Positions 7,894 to 16,762 of a DNA stretch of 64,000 nucleotides are shown piece after piece. The position numbers and the translations under genes were made by a program. The stretch lies in NCBI GenBank assembly GCA_964520655.1, contig CAZFNI010000002.1:128770-192769 (forward strand). Direction: 5' to 3'. Origin of the DNA: an uncultured Planctomycetales bacterium. GTDB lineage: Bacteria; Omnitrophota; Gorgyraeia; Zapsychrales; Fredricksoniimonadaceae. Each line of letters begins with the position of its first letter. The first letter of the stretch is position 1. The notes under the pieces were generated by a model, which was given only the letters and a program-made list of their open reading frames with translations, made no database searches and had not been told where the DNA came from.

Positions 7894-10634
7894 GCTACCA
7901 GCACCTCGTTTAATTCTTCAATTAACTTGTCTGCCTCATCACCAAAAAGCTCATGGAGTTTTCCAAGTCCACCACGGTCGCCAAATGGCGACAACTCAAA
8001 GTCGTCTTTCTCAATATGAAATGACGTGGCAATGTGATCACGAATCATATAAAGCCATTCCATCTGCTCTTTTGTGAAATGCTTATGCCCTGATTGCGCG
8101 TGGACAACCCAATCACGAAAATTCCGACGTGCTATGGCATCGTAATCAGATAGTTTTTTATCTATGTTGACAATACGGCGAATAAGCCCCACTAAAGCCG
8201 TCAACTCACTCTTGGGGTTTTCGCTCACGTTCTCCAAATGCGCATACGCATCCCAAACCCGAAGCGGTGCTAAATTTGGTTTCTTCTCGCGCAATGTTTC
8301 AAAGACTTCCTTGATCATCTTGTAGGTTATTTCTCGCCTACGAAACGGCTGACTGTAAAAAATAACCAGCGCTTGAATCTCATCTTTATGTTGCTCAAGA
8401 AAACTTTTAAAATCCTGAATCAAACTTTGCGCTTGGTCTTTGGCCTGCTGATCCCACCCTGCGAAGGTAACACGGTCAATATTGACAGTATCAATGATCT
8501 GCTCAAAAGAGCGACGAACGGTTTCAATATATTCGTTGAGAGGTCCGTTAAAAATACTGCTAGCTTGTTTTGATAACTCTTCTTTAGCGCGTTTAAGTTT
8601 TTCATCTTGTGAAATATCAATAGTAGAGAAAAGTTGTCCTGCCTTTTCCTCAATACGATCCGGGTTATGTGCATCAAGTAGACCATTCACAACAGCACCT
8701 AAAGGCATTCCACCGGACAATTCTTTTATTTTCTGACGTTCTTTATCTTTAATCTGACGATCCATGCGCGTTAAACGATTTGCCAACGATAGAAAAGTAT
8801 CTTCATCCCGGGCGCCCATCATAACGGCATTAAGCAAATCTTTAAGTGGAACGGCGCTCTTACGTTCAAGAGGACGACTGTCGGTTTTAAGTGACTTTGT
8901 AACTCCAACAGCATCAACAACGACAAAATGATCTTTTTCATATTTTGCAGAGGGTGTAACTCTCCTAAGATCATCTAATCCAAGAGTTCTTGTTCCGCGG
9001 CCTTTCATTTGTTCAAAATAATTAGCAGAGCGCACGTCGCGCATAAAAAGTAAGCATTCTAAAGGCTTCACGTCTGTGCCGGTTGCGATCATATCTACAG
9101 TGACAGCGATGCGTGGATTGTATGAGTTTCTAAACTGAGCAAGCAAGGTATCGCCATCTTCTTCAGCTTTATAGGTAATCTTTTTACAGAAATCATTTCC
9201 TTCGGCAAACTCTTCCCGCACAATCTCGATAATATCGTCGGCGTGGCTGTCGGTCTTTGCAAAAATTAAAGTCTTAGGAACTTCTTTACGGCCGGGGAAT
9301 AACTCAGGCAACTTATTTTTAAATGTTTTAATAACATTACGAATTTGGCTTGGATTGACTACACTACGATCCAAATCTTTTCCAGAGTATTTGATTTCTT
9401 CATCCGTCTGTTCCCAGCGTTTTTTGCGAGTCAACCGTTCTCTCACATCCACAAATTCTTTGGCCTGAATGGTTCCTCCCTGCTGTGTTCGTTCTGTATC
9501 AATGATATAAACGTTGAATCCCACATTAACCCCGTCGGCGACAGCGCGTTCGTGTGGATATTCACTGACAACATTCTCTTTGAAGAAACCAAAGGTACGT
9601 TTATCAGGAGTTGCTGTCAATCCGATTAAGAAAGCATCAAAATAATCCAACACCTGTTGCCACAGGTTATAAATTGAGCGGTGACATTCATCGATGACAA
9701 TAAAATCAAAAAACTCAAGCGGAACCTTTTCGTTGTAAATTACAGGCATCGGTGCTTTTGGCTGCCATACTTCATTGGGATTAACCTCTTCAGCAGATTC
9801 GTCAAGCTCATCCCCTTTTAAAATCGAATAAAGACGCTGAATAGTACTAATACACACTTGACTGTCTTTTGAAACATAGCTCGACTTCAACCTCTGGACA
9901 TTATAGAGTTCAGTGAATTTACGATTGTCGTCGTTTGGTGTATATGCCATGAATTCCTGCTCAGCTTGTTTGCCGAGGTTTCTTGTATCAACGAGAAAAA
10001 GCACTCGTTTGGCCTTTGCAAATTTAAGCAGACGGTAAATGGAAGTAATGGCGGTAAAAGTCTTTCCACTTCCCGTTGCCATCTGAATAAGTGCTCGGGG
10101 GTAATTGTCTCTAAAAGATTTCTCAAGATTCCTGATGGCTTTAATCTGGCAGTCACGCAGACCTTTTTCATCAAGAACAGGTATATCTTGAAACCTTGCC
10201 CGTAATGTTTTTGGAGTCGCAAGCCATTCTTTAAATGTTTCTGGTTTGTGAAAAGAAAATACTTGGCGCGCTCGAGGTTTTGGATCGCTGAAATCGGTGA
10301 ATCGAGTTATTTCACCAGTGCTTTCATAAACATAACTAAGCGGAGCGTTATTGACATATTTAAGCTGTGCCAAAGCATATGCTTCAGCTTGTGCCTCGTG
10401 GACAGTTAGACGATGGCCCTCTTCCTCTCGCTTAGCTTCAATAACACCGACTGGTTTGCGGTCAACAAAAAGGACATAATCAACAGGGCCAATGTCGGTT
10501 GGATACTCCCGAACAGCAATGCCTAGTCCAGCATTAAAGTTCAATGCTTTTCTGTCTTGTACTTTCCATCCAGACTGAATAAGCAAGTCATCAATTTTAT
10601 CGCGGGCTATTTGTTCAGGGTTTTGATTTACCAT
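7890..10634 (-). CDS. hsdR: Type I restriction enzyme R (endonuclease/helicase) subunit
   Basis: HsdR N-terminal nuclease domain (...DLLIQSGWKV...DYVLF...), SF2 helicase Walker A MATGSGKTFT and DECHRS box, long helical C-terminus. Confidence 0.85.
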   Translation of the reverse strand: MVNQNPEQIARDKIDDLLIQSGWKVQDRKALNFNAGLGIAVREYPTDIGPVDYVLFVDRKPVGVIEAKREEEGHRLTVHEAQAEAYALAQLKYVNNAPLSYVYESTGEITRFTDFSDPKPRARQVFSFHKPETFKEWLATPKTLRARFQDIPVLDEKGLRDCQIKAIRNLEKSFRDNYPRALIQMATGSGKTFTAITSIYRLLKFAKAKRVLFLVDTRNLGKQAEQEFMAYTPNDDNRKFTELYNVQRLKSSYVSKDSQVCISTIQRLYSILKGDELDESAEEVNPNEVWQPKAPMPVIYNEKVPLEFFDFIVIDECHRSIYNLWQQVLDYFDAFLIGLTATPDKRTFGFFKENVVSEYPHERAVADGVNVGFNVYIIDTERTQQGGTIQAKEFVDVRERLTRKKRWEQTDEEIKYSGKDLDRSVVNPSQIRNVIKTFKNKLPELFPGRKEVPKTLIFAKTDSHADDIIEIVREEFAEGNDFCKKITYKAEEDGDTLLAQFRNSYNPRIAVTVDMIATGTDVKPLECLLFMRDVRSANYFEQMKGRGTRTLGLDDLRRVTPSAKYEKDHFVVVDAVGVTKSLKTDSRPLERKSAVPLKDLLNAVMMGARDEDTFLSLANRLTRMDRQIKDKERQKIKELSGGMPLGAVVNGLLDAHNPDRIEEKAGQLFSTIDISQDEKLKRAKEELSKQASSIFNGPLNEYIETVRRSFEQIIDTVNIDRVTFAGWDQQAKDQAQSLIQDFKSFLEQHKDEIQALVIFYSQPFRRREITYKMIKEVFETLREKKPNLAPLRVWDAYAHLENVSENPKSELTALVGLIRRIVNIDKKLSDYDAIARRNFRDWVVHAQSGHKHFTKEQMEWLYMIRDHIATSFHIEKDDFELSPFGDRGGLGKLHELFGDEADKLIEELNEVLVA

Positions 10635-10636
10635 AT

Positions 10637-11353
10637 TTATTCCATTTTTCCTTCATCAGCAAAACTGAAAAAATTATCACCGCCGATAATAATATGATCC
10701 TGCACTTTTATTTCCATTAGCTTCCCAGCATCACAGAGTTCTTTGGTAAATTTCTTATCTTGGGCGCTAGGCGCAGTTTCTCCGCTGGGATGGTTATGAA
10801 CACAAACGATTGATTTGGCGAATTTCTGTAAAGCGGTGTGAATTATTTCGCGGATAATTGGAAAGGCATGATCGACCGTTCCAACAGCGGCATCGGAAAT
10901 ATCTATGATTCGATTATTGTTATCAAGATAGACAACCTTAAAGACTTCGGTCTTAAGGTCGCGCATGTGGGGCAAAACGATGTCAACAATGTCTTTGGCG
11001 GAAGCGATTTTCTGCTTGCCCGGCGACACAACATCCTGCTGATAGCGCCGCCCGATCTCAAGCGCGGCCTGAATGTGGGCAATCTTAGCACCACCTAAAC
11101 CTTTGAATTCCTTCCAATCGCGGGTGTCGGTATGGGCCATGCTCCTGAAGGAGCCGAATTTACTCAGGATTTTGCGGGAAAGCTCCACGGCGCTGGTTCC
11201 GGCCGTGCCGGTGCGCAACAAAATAGCCAAGAGTTCTGAATTGCTTAAAGCACCCGCGCCTTTCTTGAGCAATTTCTCTCTTGGCCTGTCATCCAGCGGC
11301 CATGATTTGATGCCTGATAATTTTAAATTTTTCGTCACGTTTTCTGAACCCAA
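10637..11353 (-). CDS. radC: RadC-like JAB/MPN domain protein (UPF0758)
   Basis: LSNSELLAILLRTGT... helix-hairpin-helix region and JAMM motif HNHPSG; 3 nt after the hsdR stop. Confidence 0.8.
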   Translation of the reverse strand: MGSENVTKNLKLSGIKSWPLDDRPREKLLKKGAGALSNSELLAILLRTGTAGTSAVELSRKILSKFGSFRSMAHTDTRDWKEFKGLGGAKIAHIQAALEIGRRYQQDVVSPGKQKIASAKDIVDIVLPHMRDLKTEVFKVVYLDNNNRIIDISDAAVGTVDHAFPIIREIIHTALQKFAKSIVCVHNHPSGETAPSAQDKKFTKELCDAGKLMEIKVQDHIIIGGDNFFSFADEGKME

Positions 11354-11470
11354 TTCTTCCTAAAAAAGCGTCTGTTTTAATTCTGTGATAGCTACCCACC
11401 CCTCACTCGTATTAAAAATCTTATAACCTACATAACTCCAAATATTTATACTGAAATAACATCATCATTT

Positions 11471-11502
11471 TTGTCACAAAAAGCATATACTTTTTGTGAC
11501 AA
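11471..11502. promoter_or_regulatory. Perfect palindrome TTGTCACAAAAAG-CATATA-CTTTTTGTGACAA (13-bp arms); candidate operator/terminator at the distal boundary of the AbiE cassette
   Basis: Seen directly. Lies 14 bp past the phosphoesterase stop and ~120 bp upstream of the radC start. A near-identical palindrome sits at 13699-13728 on the other side of the cassette. Confidence 0.4.
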
Positions 11503-11515
11503 GATTTGGCACCAT

Positions 11516-12052
11516 CTAGTTAACCTTACCCTGCTTTTCTTCCTTCAGAAAATCAGAAATAGCAGAGGTGATCTGTTTAAAAGCGATCGGATAAAAATCC
11601 CAAACATCAACAGACAGATTGACAATCAAAGATTTTTTATCCAGCCGTTTCACCTTGTAATGCTGATGCACATGGCCGCAGAAATTCCAAGGCACCGATA
11701 GATCAGCATCTTCCGGCTTATGAATCATACAAATATCTTTAGCGCCATAATGGATATACATCTTTGTTATGATCGCATTGAGACTGTTGTTACGGTCATG
11801 ATTACCTTTAATGAATATGAACTTGCCGTTTAGCCTCTTTTCAAAGTTCAGGGCTCTCTGCTCTCCGCCTTCTTTTCCGCCTTTAAAAATAAAATCACCC
11901 AGAAAAAACACAGTATCCTCAGACTTAACCCGCTCATTGTGTTTGCGGATAATCGTTTCATTCATTTCCTCAACCGTTGCGAAAGGCCTGCCGCAATAGC
12001 GAATTATATTGAAATGTGAAAAATGATAATCGGATGCCCACCAACAATTCAT
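11516..12052 (-). CDS. Small calcineurin-like metallophosphoesterase
   Basis: 178 aa with phosphoesterase motifs SDYHFSH, LGDFIFKGG and GNHD; 3 nt after the AbiEii stop, same strand. Confidence 0.65.
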   Translation of the reverse strand: MNCWWASDYHFSHFNIIRYCGRPFATVEEMNETIIRKHNERVKSEDTVFFLGDFIFKGGKEGGEQRALNFEKRLNGKFIFIKGNHDRNNSLNAIITKMYIHYGAKDICMIHKPEDADLSVPWNFCGHVHQHYKVKRLDKKSLIVNLSVDVWDFYPIAFKQITSAISDFLKEEKQGKVN

Positions 12053-12054
12053 GA

Positions 12055-13128
12055 TCAGATCCTGTTAATTTTTTCTTCAATGATCCTCAGTTCTTCTATA
12101 ATGCGCTCAAATGATGGCGGCTCCTCAAAAAACATTTGTTGCATCTGACGGTAATCATTCTTTAATTGGCTCATTTGATCATCGCGAGGCAATAACCGCA
12201 AACCTCCCGGCTTTGCAGTGTCATAATGCGCCCAGTTCGCTTTAAAAAATAAAGTTTTATGATCCGCAACAGACTTAAGCAATGAAATATTTTCCAAAGC
12301 GCGTTTATAAATAGGTGAATCCGCCAGCGCGTATATGTCGTAATAATGCCGCGACATCCGTAGTGGTACATTCTTCTCAGGCGGATAATGATAAATCATA
12401 TGCAAGATCGTTGCTTTCTCCCAGAAAGTCCGCTCTGCGGCTAAAACACGTACAGAAGCCCCTTCAATGGCCGTCTCACCTGAAACATTGGTGACATACG
12501 GAGAAATGGTCGCGGTTTCAACTGGCCAATGATCGGATCGTGCGCCGAATTCAATTTTGACCGATGATCGCACATAGCTTTCCGCATTACTCGTCATGGC
12601 ATGAGGGAAAATAAACAAAACTGTTTGTCCGTCCTCATCTTCTGAATCCACTTCAATCTTCCACTCCTCTTTGGCACCCAGAACCGCCGTAACCGCTTGC
12701 CTTAAAGCAGGAAGAATTGTTTGATCAATGCTCTTCTTACAAACCAGTTGTAATTTTTCAAGCCGTTTCTGATTCTCTTTATTGCTTTCTTCTTTATCCG
12801 GCTCAATCGCTTCGGACTTCAATAAAAAAGGCCTCTCTATTGAAATGTCAATGTCCTCTGAAAAACGTTTAATCACGTTATAGCATTTTGAAAGGGATGT
12901 CCCTCCTTTAAATGTCAAATGCTCGCCTATTTTTGGTAATGAAAAAAGGATTTTGAGTATCCAGCACACCCAGAAATCCTTTTCGACTAATTGCGGCATG
13001 ATATTTAAATTAGCCGCAGTCACTTCAAAATAAGCGCGTTTATCTTTGTGCGGTAATAATGCGAATTTATTCATAAACTTCTCATTCTTGTAATTGCCGA
13101 AATATCGTTCCAATCCATGCGGGGGCAT
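12055..13128 (-). CDS. abiEii: AbiEii/AbiGii-family nucleotidyltransferase toxin (DUF1814)
   Basis: FKGGTSLSKCY...RFSEDIDISI nucleotidyltransferase motif typical of AbiEii; overlaps the upstream AbiEi-like gene. Confidence 0.75.
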   Translation of the reverse strand: MPPHGLERYFGNYKNEKFMNKFALLPHKDKRAYFEVTAANLNIMPQLVEKDFWVCWILKILFSLPKIGEHLTFKGGTSLSKCYNVIKRFSEDIDISIERPFLLKSEAIEPDKEESNKENQKRLEKLQLVCKKSIDQTILPALRQAVTAVLGAKEEWKIEVDSEDEDGQTVLFIFPHAMTSNAESYVRSSVKIEFGARSDHWPVETATISPYVTNVSGETAIEGASVRVLAAERTFWEKATILHMIYHYPPEKNVPLRMSRHYYDIYALADSPIYKRALENISLLKSVADHKTLFFKANWAHYDTAKPGGLRLLPRDDQMSQLKNDYRQMQQMFFEEPPSFERIIEELRIIEEKINRI

Positions 13129-13681
13129 AACGAAGGTCAGCGATCAGCTCGCGCTTATCATCCTTGGTTAATCTCTTTCTAAGTATTTCAATTGTTTTAT
13201 CACTCACGTGATCTTTGCCTAAATACCGCAAGGCTTGAATAACTAAACCGCTAACATGCCCCGCGGTAGCCATATTCTTGGGTGTGGTTCTTTTTAAAAC
13301 AATTTGCTGATTTTTGATCTGCACCTTACGATTAGCGCCGTCTGTCAAAAAAATAATTCTTGCCGGTACCTGCTCGGTCAAGCCCAGCAGATTAGCGGCA
13401 TATGCTCCGGAAGGCTGAATTTTCAGATTATCCCTTCCTGCCAATGCTTGAGCAAGACGGTCATAATTCGCAGGCAGATCTCCCAAAACAGGATGTTTTT
13501 CTGGGTAGTCATACAAACCGCGAGCAAGTCGGCGAATTGTTCCAGAATCTGCCAAACGTTCCAAAGCTTTGGCCACGGCGGAGCGGTTTCCGAGGTCAAG
13601 AAAGTGAGTTGAGGTGAACACCCAACCCCTTCTTCTTCCATAAATTTTACTAACTACTCTATTATAAATGCTTTGCGTCAT
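13082..13681 (-). CDS. abiEi: AbiEi-like antitoxin / transcriptional regulator (type IV TA)
   Basis: 199 aa; N-terminal winged-HTH-like region (GWVFTSTHFLDLGNRSAVAKALERLADSGTIRRLARGLY) and the characteristic pairing with AbiEii. Confidence 0.7.
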   Translation of the reverse strand: MTQSIYNRVVSKIYGRRRGWVFTSTHFLDLGNRSAVAKALERLADSGTIRRLARGLYDYPEKHPVLGDLPANYDRLAQALAGRDNLKIQPSGAYAANLLGLTEQVPARIIFLTDGANRKVQIKNQQIVLKRTTPKNMATAGHVSGLVIQALRYLGKDHVSDKTIEILRKRLTKDDKRELIADLRYAPAWIGTIFRQLQE

Positions 13682-13698
13682 TTATATCACCTCTTATT

Positions 13699-13728
13699 TG
13701 TCGCAAAAAGTATATAGTTTTTGCGACA
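13699..13728. promoter_or_regulatory. Palindrome TGTCGCAAAAA-N8-TTTTTGCGACA, 18-47 bp upstream of the abiEi start; candidate AbiEi autoregulatory operator
   Basis: Seen directly; consensus shared with 11471-11502: TGTC(A/G)CAAAAA...TTTTTG(T/C)GACA. Confidence 0.45.
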
Positions 13729-14117
13729 TACTGTCAAGCCATTTTTAGGAGAGGAATCGACGAAAATAACATTCTTTAATGTTCATTAAATAGTGAACAT
13801 TGGCACAAGCTGAACATTCGCAAGGGGCATTTCAATGGCGCAAAAAGTGGATAGTTTCTGTGGACACATTTATGTCAATTCATGTCACTCAAAAACAGCC
13901 TTTTTGACCACCGCAGGAGCATGTAGAATGCCTCTAAATACGCCTATTCTCCGTCCAGAAACGATTGTTTTTACCATTCTGAATAAGATTGCCACGGATG
14001 CCGATTTGAGTGACATTGACATCAATTTTTTGGGCCATAATCACTGACAACCTGCGCCTCGCCCGACCCGCATCCCCACACCCCCCCTGGAAGGACCCGT
14101 AAACAAAAAACCTATTT

Positions 14118-15248
14118 CTATTTATTGTTCCCTACCGGCCATAAAATATCATAATGAACACTGCGTCCCTTGCCGGACAATTGGCGCAATAACTTTTTCT
14201 CAAGCATGTCCGAAATCTCACGAAACGCGGTCGCCCTGCTAGTGCTTGCCAAGCTCACATATTTGCGGGTTGTTAATCCTCCGACAAATTCACCTTGCCC
14301 TTCATCCAACATACGGTTAAGGACTTTCTTTTGACGCTCATTAATCTCGGTCTGCGCATGTTGTGCCCAAAAATCCGCCTTGAGCAATACTTTACCAATA
14401 ATTTTATCAGACCTTTGAATAGTACGTTGATAGCACCCTAAGAACCAAAGAAGCCAGTTCGTCAAATCCAGATTGTCAGCCTTGGAACATTTTTCAAGAA
14501 TTTTATAATAACTGTCCCTTTCTTCCATGATCTGCGATGAGAAACTATAATATCGCACCTTAAGCTTTTCGTCCTGCGCCAAGGCCATATCTGTTAGACT
14601 CCGTGCAATGCGCCCATTACCATCTTCGAAAGGATGGATTGTCAAAAAATAAAAATGCGCTATCCCTGCACGCAAAAGTCCATCTGTGGTTGTGAAGCTC
14701 GCCTTCCACCATTGAAAGAATTTCCGCATTTCGGCTTCAACGGCTTCTCCCGGAGGCGCTTCAAAATGAACCCGTTCACGCCCCATAGGCCCAGACACAA
14801 CACGCATCGGCTCTTGGCCTCTCCATTGACCTACGCGAATCTTATGAAGTCCCGAGTAGCCTGTTGGAAAAAGCGCCCCATGCCAACCTTGTAATCGATC
14901 CCTATTAAGGGTCTTAGCGTAATTTTGAGTGGCATCCAGAATAATCTCAACGATGCCATCGACAGATCTGGATGATCGTCCTAGCCCAACTGTGGGAAGA
15001 CCCAAATGTCTTGCGACAGATGATCGCACCATTTGAAGATTAAGTAGTTCCCCCTCGATTTCCGATGTCTTAATGACTTCCTCAATTAAAATATCAGCTT
15101 GTGCCTCTTCTTCAAGCTTAAACCCCAATCGCTTAACGCGACCCAATAGATCACCCTGAGCAAGCCTCGCCTGTCCCAAAATCGACAAAAGGGTATTGCT
15201 GTCCCATGTGAATTCCGGCCAAGAATGATGTTGCCATATGTATTTCAT
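14118..15248 (-). CDS. Fic/DOC family protein (putative AMPylator)
   Basis: Canonical Fic motif HPFEDGNGRIARSL inside FYFLTIHPFEDGNGR. Confidence 0.85.
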   Translation of the reverse strand: MKYIWQHHSWPEFTWDSNTLLSILGQARLAQGDLLGRVKRLGFKLEEEAQADILIEEVIKTSEIEGELLNLQMVRSSVARHLGLPTVGLGRSSRSVDGIVEIILDATQNYAKTLNRDRLQGWHGALFPTGYSGLHKIRVGQWRGQEPMRVVSGPMGRERVHFEAPPGEAVEAEMRKFFQWWKASFTTTDGLLRAGIAHFYFLTIHPFEDGNGRIARSLTDMALAQDEKLKVRYYSFSSQIMEERDSYYKILEKCSKADNLDLTNWLLWFLGCYQRTIQRSDKIIGKVLLKADFWAQHAQTEINERQKKVLNRMLDEGQGEFVGGLTTRKYVSLASTSRATAFREISDMLEKKLLRQLSGKGRSVHYDILWPVGNNK

Positions 15249-15432
15249 TAATACCTCCTGAAGCGATTAAGCCTCATAATCGCTTCACTATATGAGGCAA
15301 TTATACTATTTAATCGCATCAATAACAAATTATTTTTTTATTTTAAAGGTGAGATAAAGAAGGGTTAATCAATACCAACAACAGCCTCAATAAGCTCCTG
15401 CATGGTGCGTCTATATTGTGGCCAATGGCCAC

Positions 15433-15625
15433 CCATATGTCTCCAAAAAGACCTTCAAAATTTACCTCCTAGAAAAGACATATAGATAGTGCCGTTTCCA
15501 CAGTTTCTAATATAAATTGACGTCCAGCCATATGTTTCTAAAAACACTTTCACAAACTTCTCCTAGTATAAATAGTGCCAGGTTCTATTTAATCGTGCGC
15601 TGTCCCCTATTTTTCAACCACCAGT
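15433..15625. repeat. Two tandem ~95-bp degenerate repeat units in AT-rich intergenic DNA; third partial copy at 16713-16762
   Basis: CCATATGTCTCCAAAAAGACCTTCAAAATTTACCTCCTAG...ATAGTGCCGTTTCC (15433-15527) versus CCATATGTTTCTAAAAACACTTTCACAAACTTCTCCTAG...ATAGTGCCAGGTTC (15528-~15625). Confidence 0.5.
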
Positions 15626-15769
15626 AAAGTATTTCCAACAATCTTTAACTAAAGCAATTATTCCCCATCCACATATCCCCCATATAAAATACTTCAAATA
15701 ATTACAGGTTTCTGCTATTTCAGCTAAATGCCTCTCAATTTGTTGAAGTGTATATTGTTTATCATCCAT
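15614..15769 (-). CDS. 51-aa peptide with a C-terminal transmembrane helix
   Basis: GGAGG is 6 nt upstream of the ATG (complement at 15767-15769). MDDKQYTLQQIERHLAEIAETCNYLKYFIWGICGWGIIALVKDCWKYFTGG; begins 14 nt after the stop of the 284-aa gene. Confidence 0.35.
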   Translation of the reverse strand: MDDKQYTLQQIERHLAEIAETCNYLKYFIWGICGWGIIALVKDCWKYFTGG

Positions 15770-15783
15770 ATAAACCTCCATTC

Positions 15784-16638
15784 TCATTGACTCTCTAGAT
15801 ACCCCTTCAATTTCCACTGTTCCAAAATATAGACTTTAAATCCCTCCACTGGTTTACTTCCACATATTCGAGCCAATTCCTCTCCTGTTTTTGTAAGCAA
15901 CACATTTCCAATATTCATTTCATTCTCTTTATCTTTAGACATTTTACACTCAACAATTTGTCCATAATATGCCACCTTAAAACTCTTAGGTAGCTTGGTT
16001 CTTAAAAAACCTGCTATTGCATTAAATTGAATCAATCCAATACTGTCCAAATGCGTCAAAGTATTAAAATTAATCCCATTCTTAATATAAATTTCATTAT
16101 GTTCATCATAAACAAGAGGAACTATATTCCCTATATGCCATCCAAAACCACAAAGTTTTGTAAATAAAATTGCATCACCCTTATCTAGGTCAGATAGAAA
16201 ATTAACAGTTCGTTTAGAGAAACTACCTGGCGAATTAGCTTCTCCTGCAAGGATACGAGACCATAACGATTGCATTTCTATATCAGATATAATTCTGCAT
16301 TTATCAAAAAAATTAGTTAGCCAATCTACTTCAATTTTATCCGGGCTAGAATCTTCCTTTAGCTGTGGCAAGGATTGTTCTACAATTTGTTCCATGATTA
16401 ATTGTTTTTTTGCCTCTTCTTCAATAAATCGCCTTACAGCTCTCTGTTGAAGCTCTGCAACTTGAATTATTCCTTGAGTTTTTATTAAATTTGCTTCAAC
16501 TTCTGCTTTAGCTATTCTTTTAATCTGGTACGGCCTAAACAATCCTCCAACTGCTTCAGAAACCTTCTCAATCAAAGTATTTGCAGGCTTAGAATAGTCG
16601 CCCAAATTTATAAGTGCTTTTGAAGTTTCGTCGCTCAT
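15784..16638 (-). CDS. Uncharacterised 284-aa soluble protein, resembles DUF2806-type defence-island proteins
   Basis: Complete ORF in an AT-rich block; segments LIEKVSEAVGGLFRPYQIKRIAKAEVEA and SLWSRILAGEANSPGSFSKRTVNFL resemble what I recall of DUF2806. No catalytic motif recognised. Confidence 0.45.
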   Translation of the reverse strand: MSDETSKALINLGDYSKPANTLIEKVSEAVGGLFRPYQIKRIAKAEVEANLIKTQGIIQVAELQQRAVRRFIEEEAKKQLIMEQIVEQSLPQLKEDSSPDKIEVDWLTNFFDKCRIISDIEMQSLWSRILAGEANSPGSFSKRTVNFLSDLDKGDAILFTKLCGFGWHIGNIVPLVYDEHNEIYIKNGINFNTLTHLDSIGLIQFNAIAGFLRTKLPKSFKVAYYGQIVECKMSKDKENEMNIGNVLLTKTGEELARICGSKPVEGFKVYILEQWKLKGYLESQ

Positions 16639-16712
16639 AACCTTCTCAAATTATTTATTGATAGCAAATTCTTCTTAGAAATTCTACCAAAGTCAGCAGC
16701 CAATGCTTCCAT

Positions 16713-16762
16713 CGGCCAACCGTAGGTTTCTAAAAATACTTTCAGAATTTAGTCCTCACAGT
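16713..16762. repeat. Third copy of the intergenic repeat (GGCCAACCGTAGGTTTCTAAAAATACTTTCAGAATTTAGTCCTCACAG)
   Basis: Aligns with the 15433/15528 units; sits upstream (minus strand) of the 284-aa gene. Confidence 0.45.

Noticed and set aside
8373-10222. Several 60-110 aa ORFs on both strands inside hsdR
   Set aside because: All lie within the strongly supported 914-aa hsdR reading frame or antisense to it; typical shadow ORFs.
11471-11502. Interpreting the AT-rich palindrome purely as a rho-independent terminator
   Set aside because: The stem is AT-rich with an A/T-tract on both sides, and a near-identical palindrome sits at the abiEi promoter. An operator or cassette-boundary role fits better, though a bidirectional terminator is not excluded.
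13835-14047. 70-aa plus-strand ORF in the abiEi/fic intergenic gap (AAGGGG 7 nt upstream of ATG)
   Set aside because: No motif, and it lies in a region that must hold the abiEi promoter and the fic terminator. Kept only as a low-probability note, not annotated.
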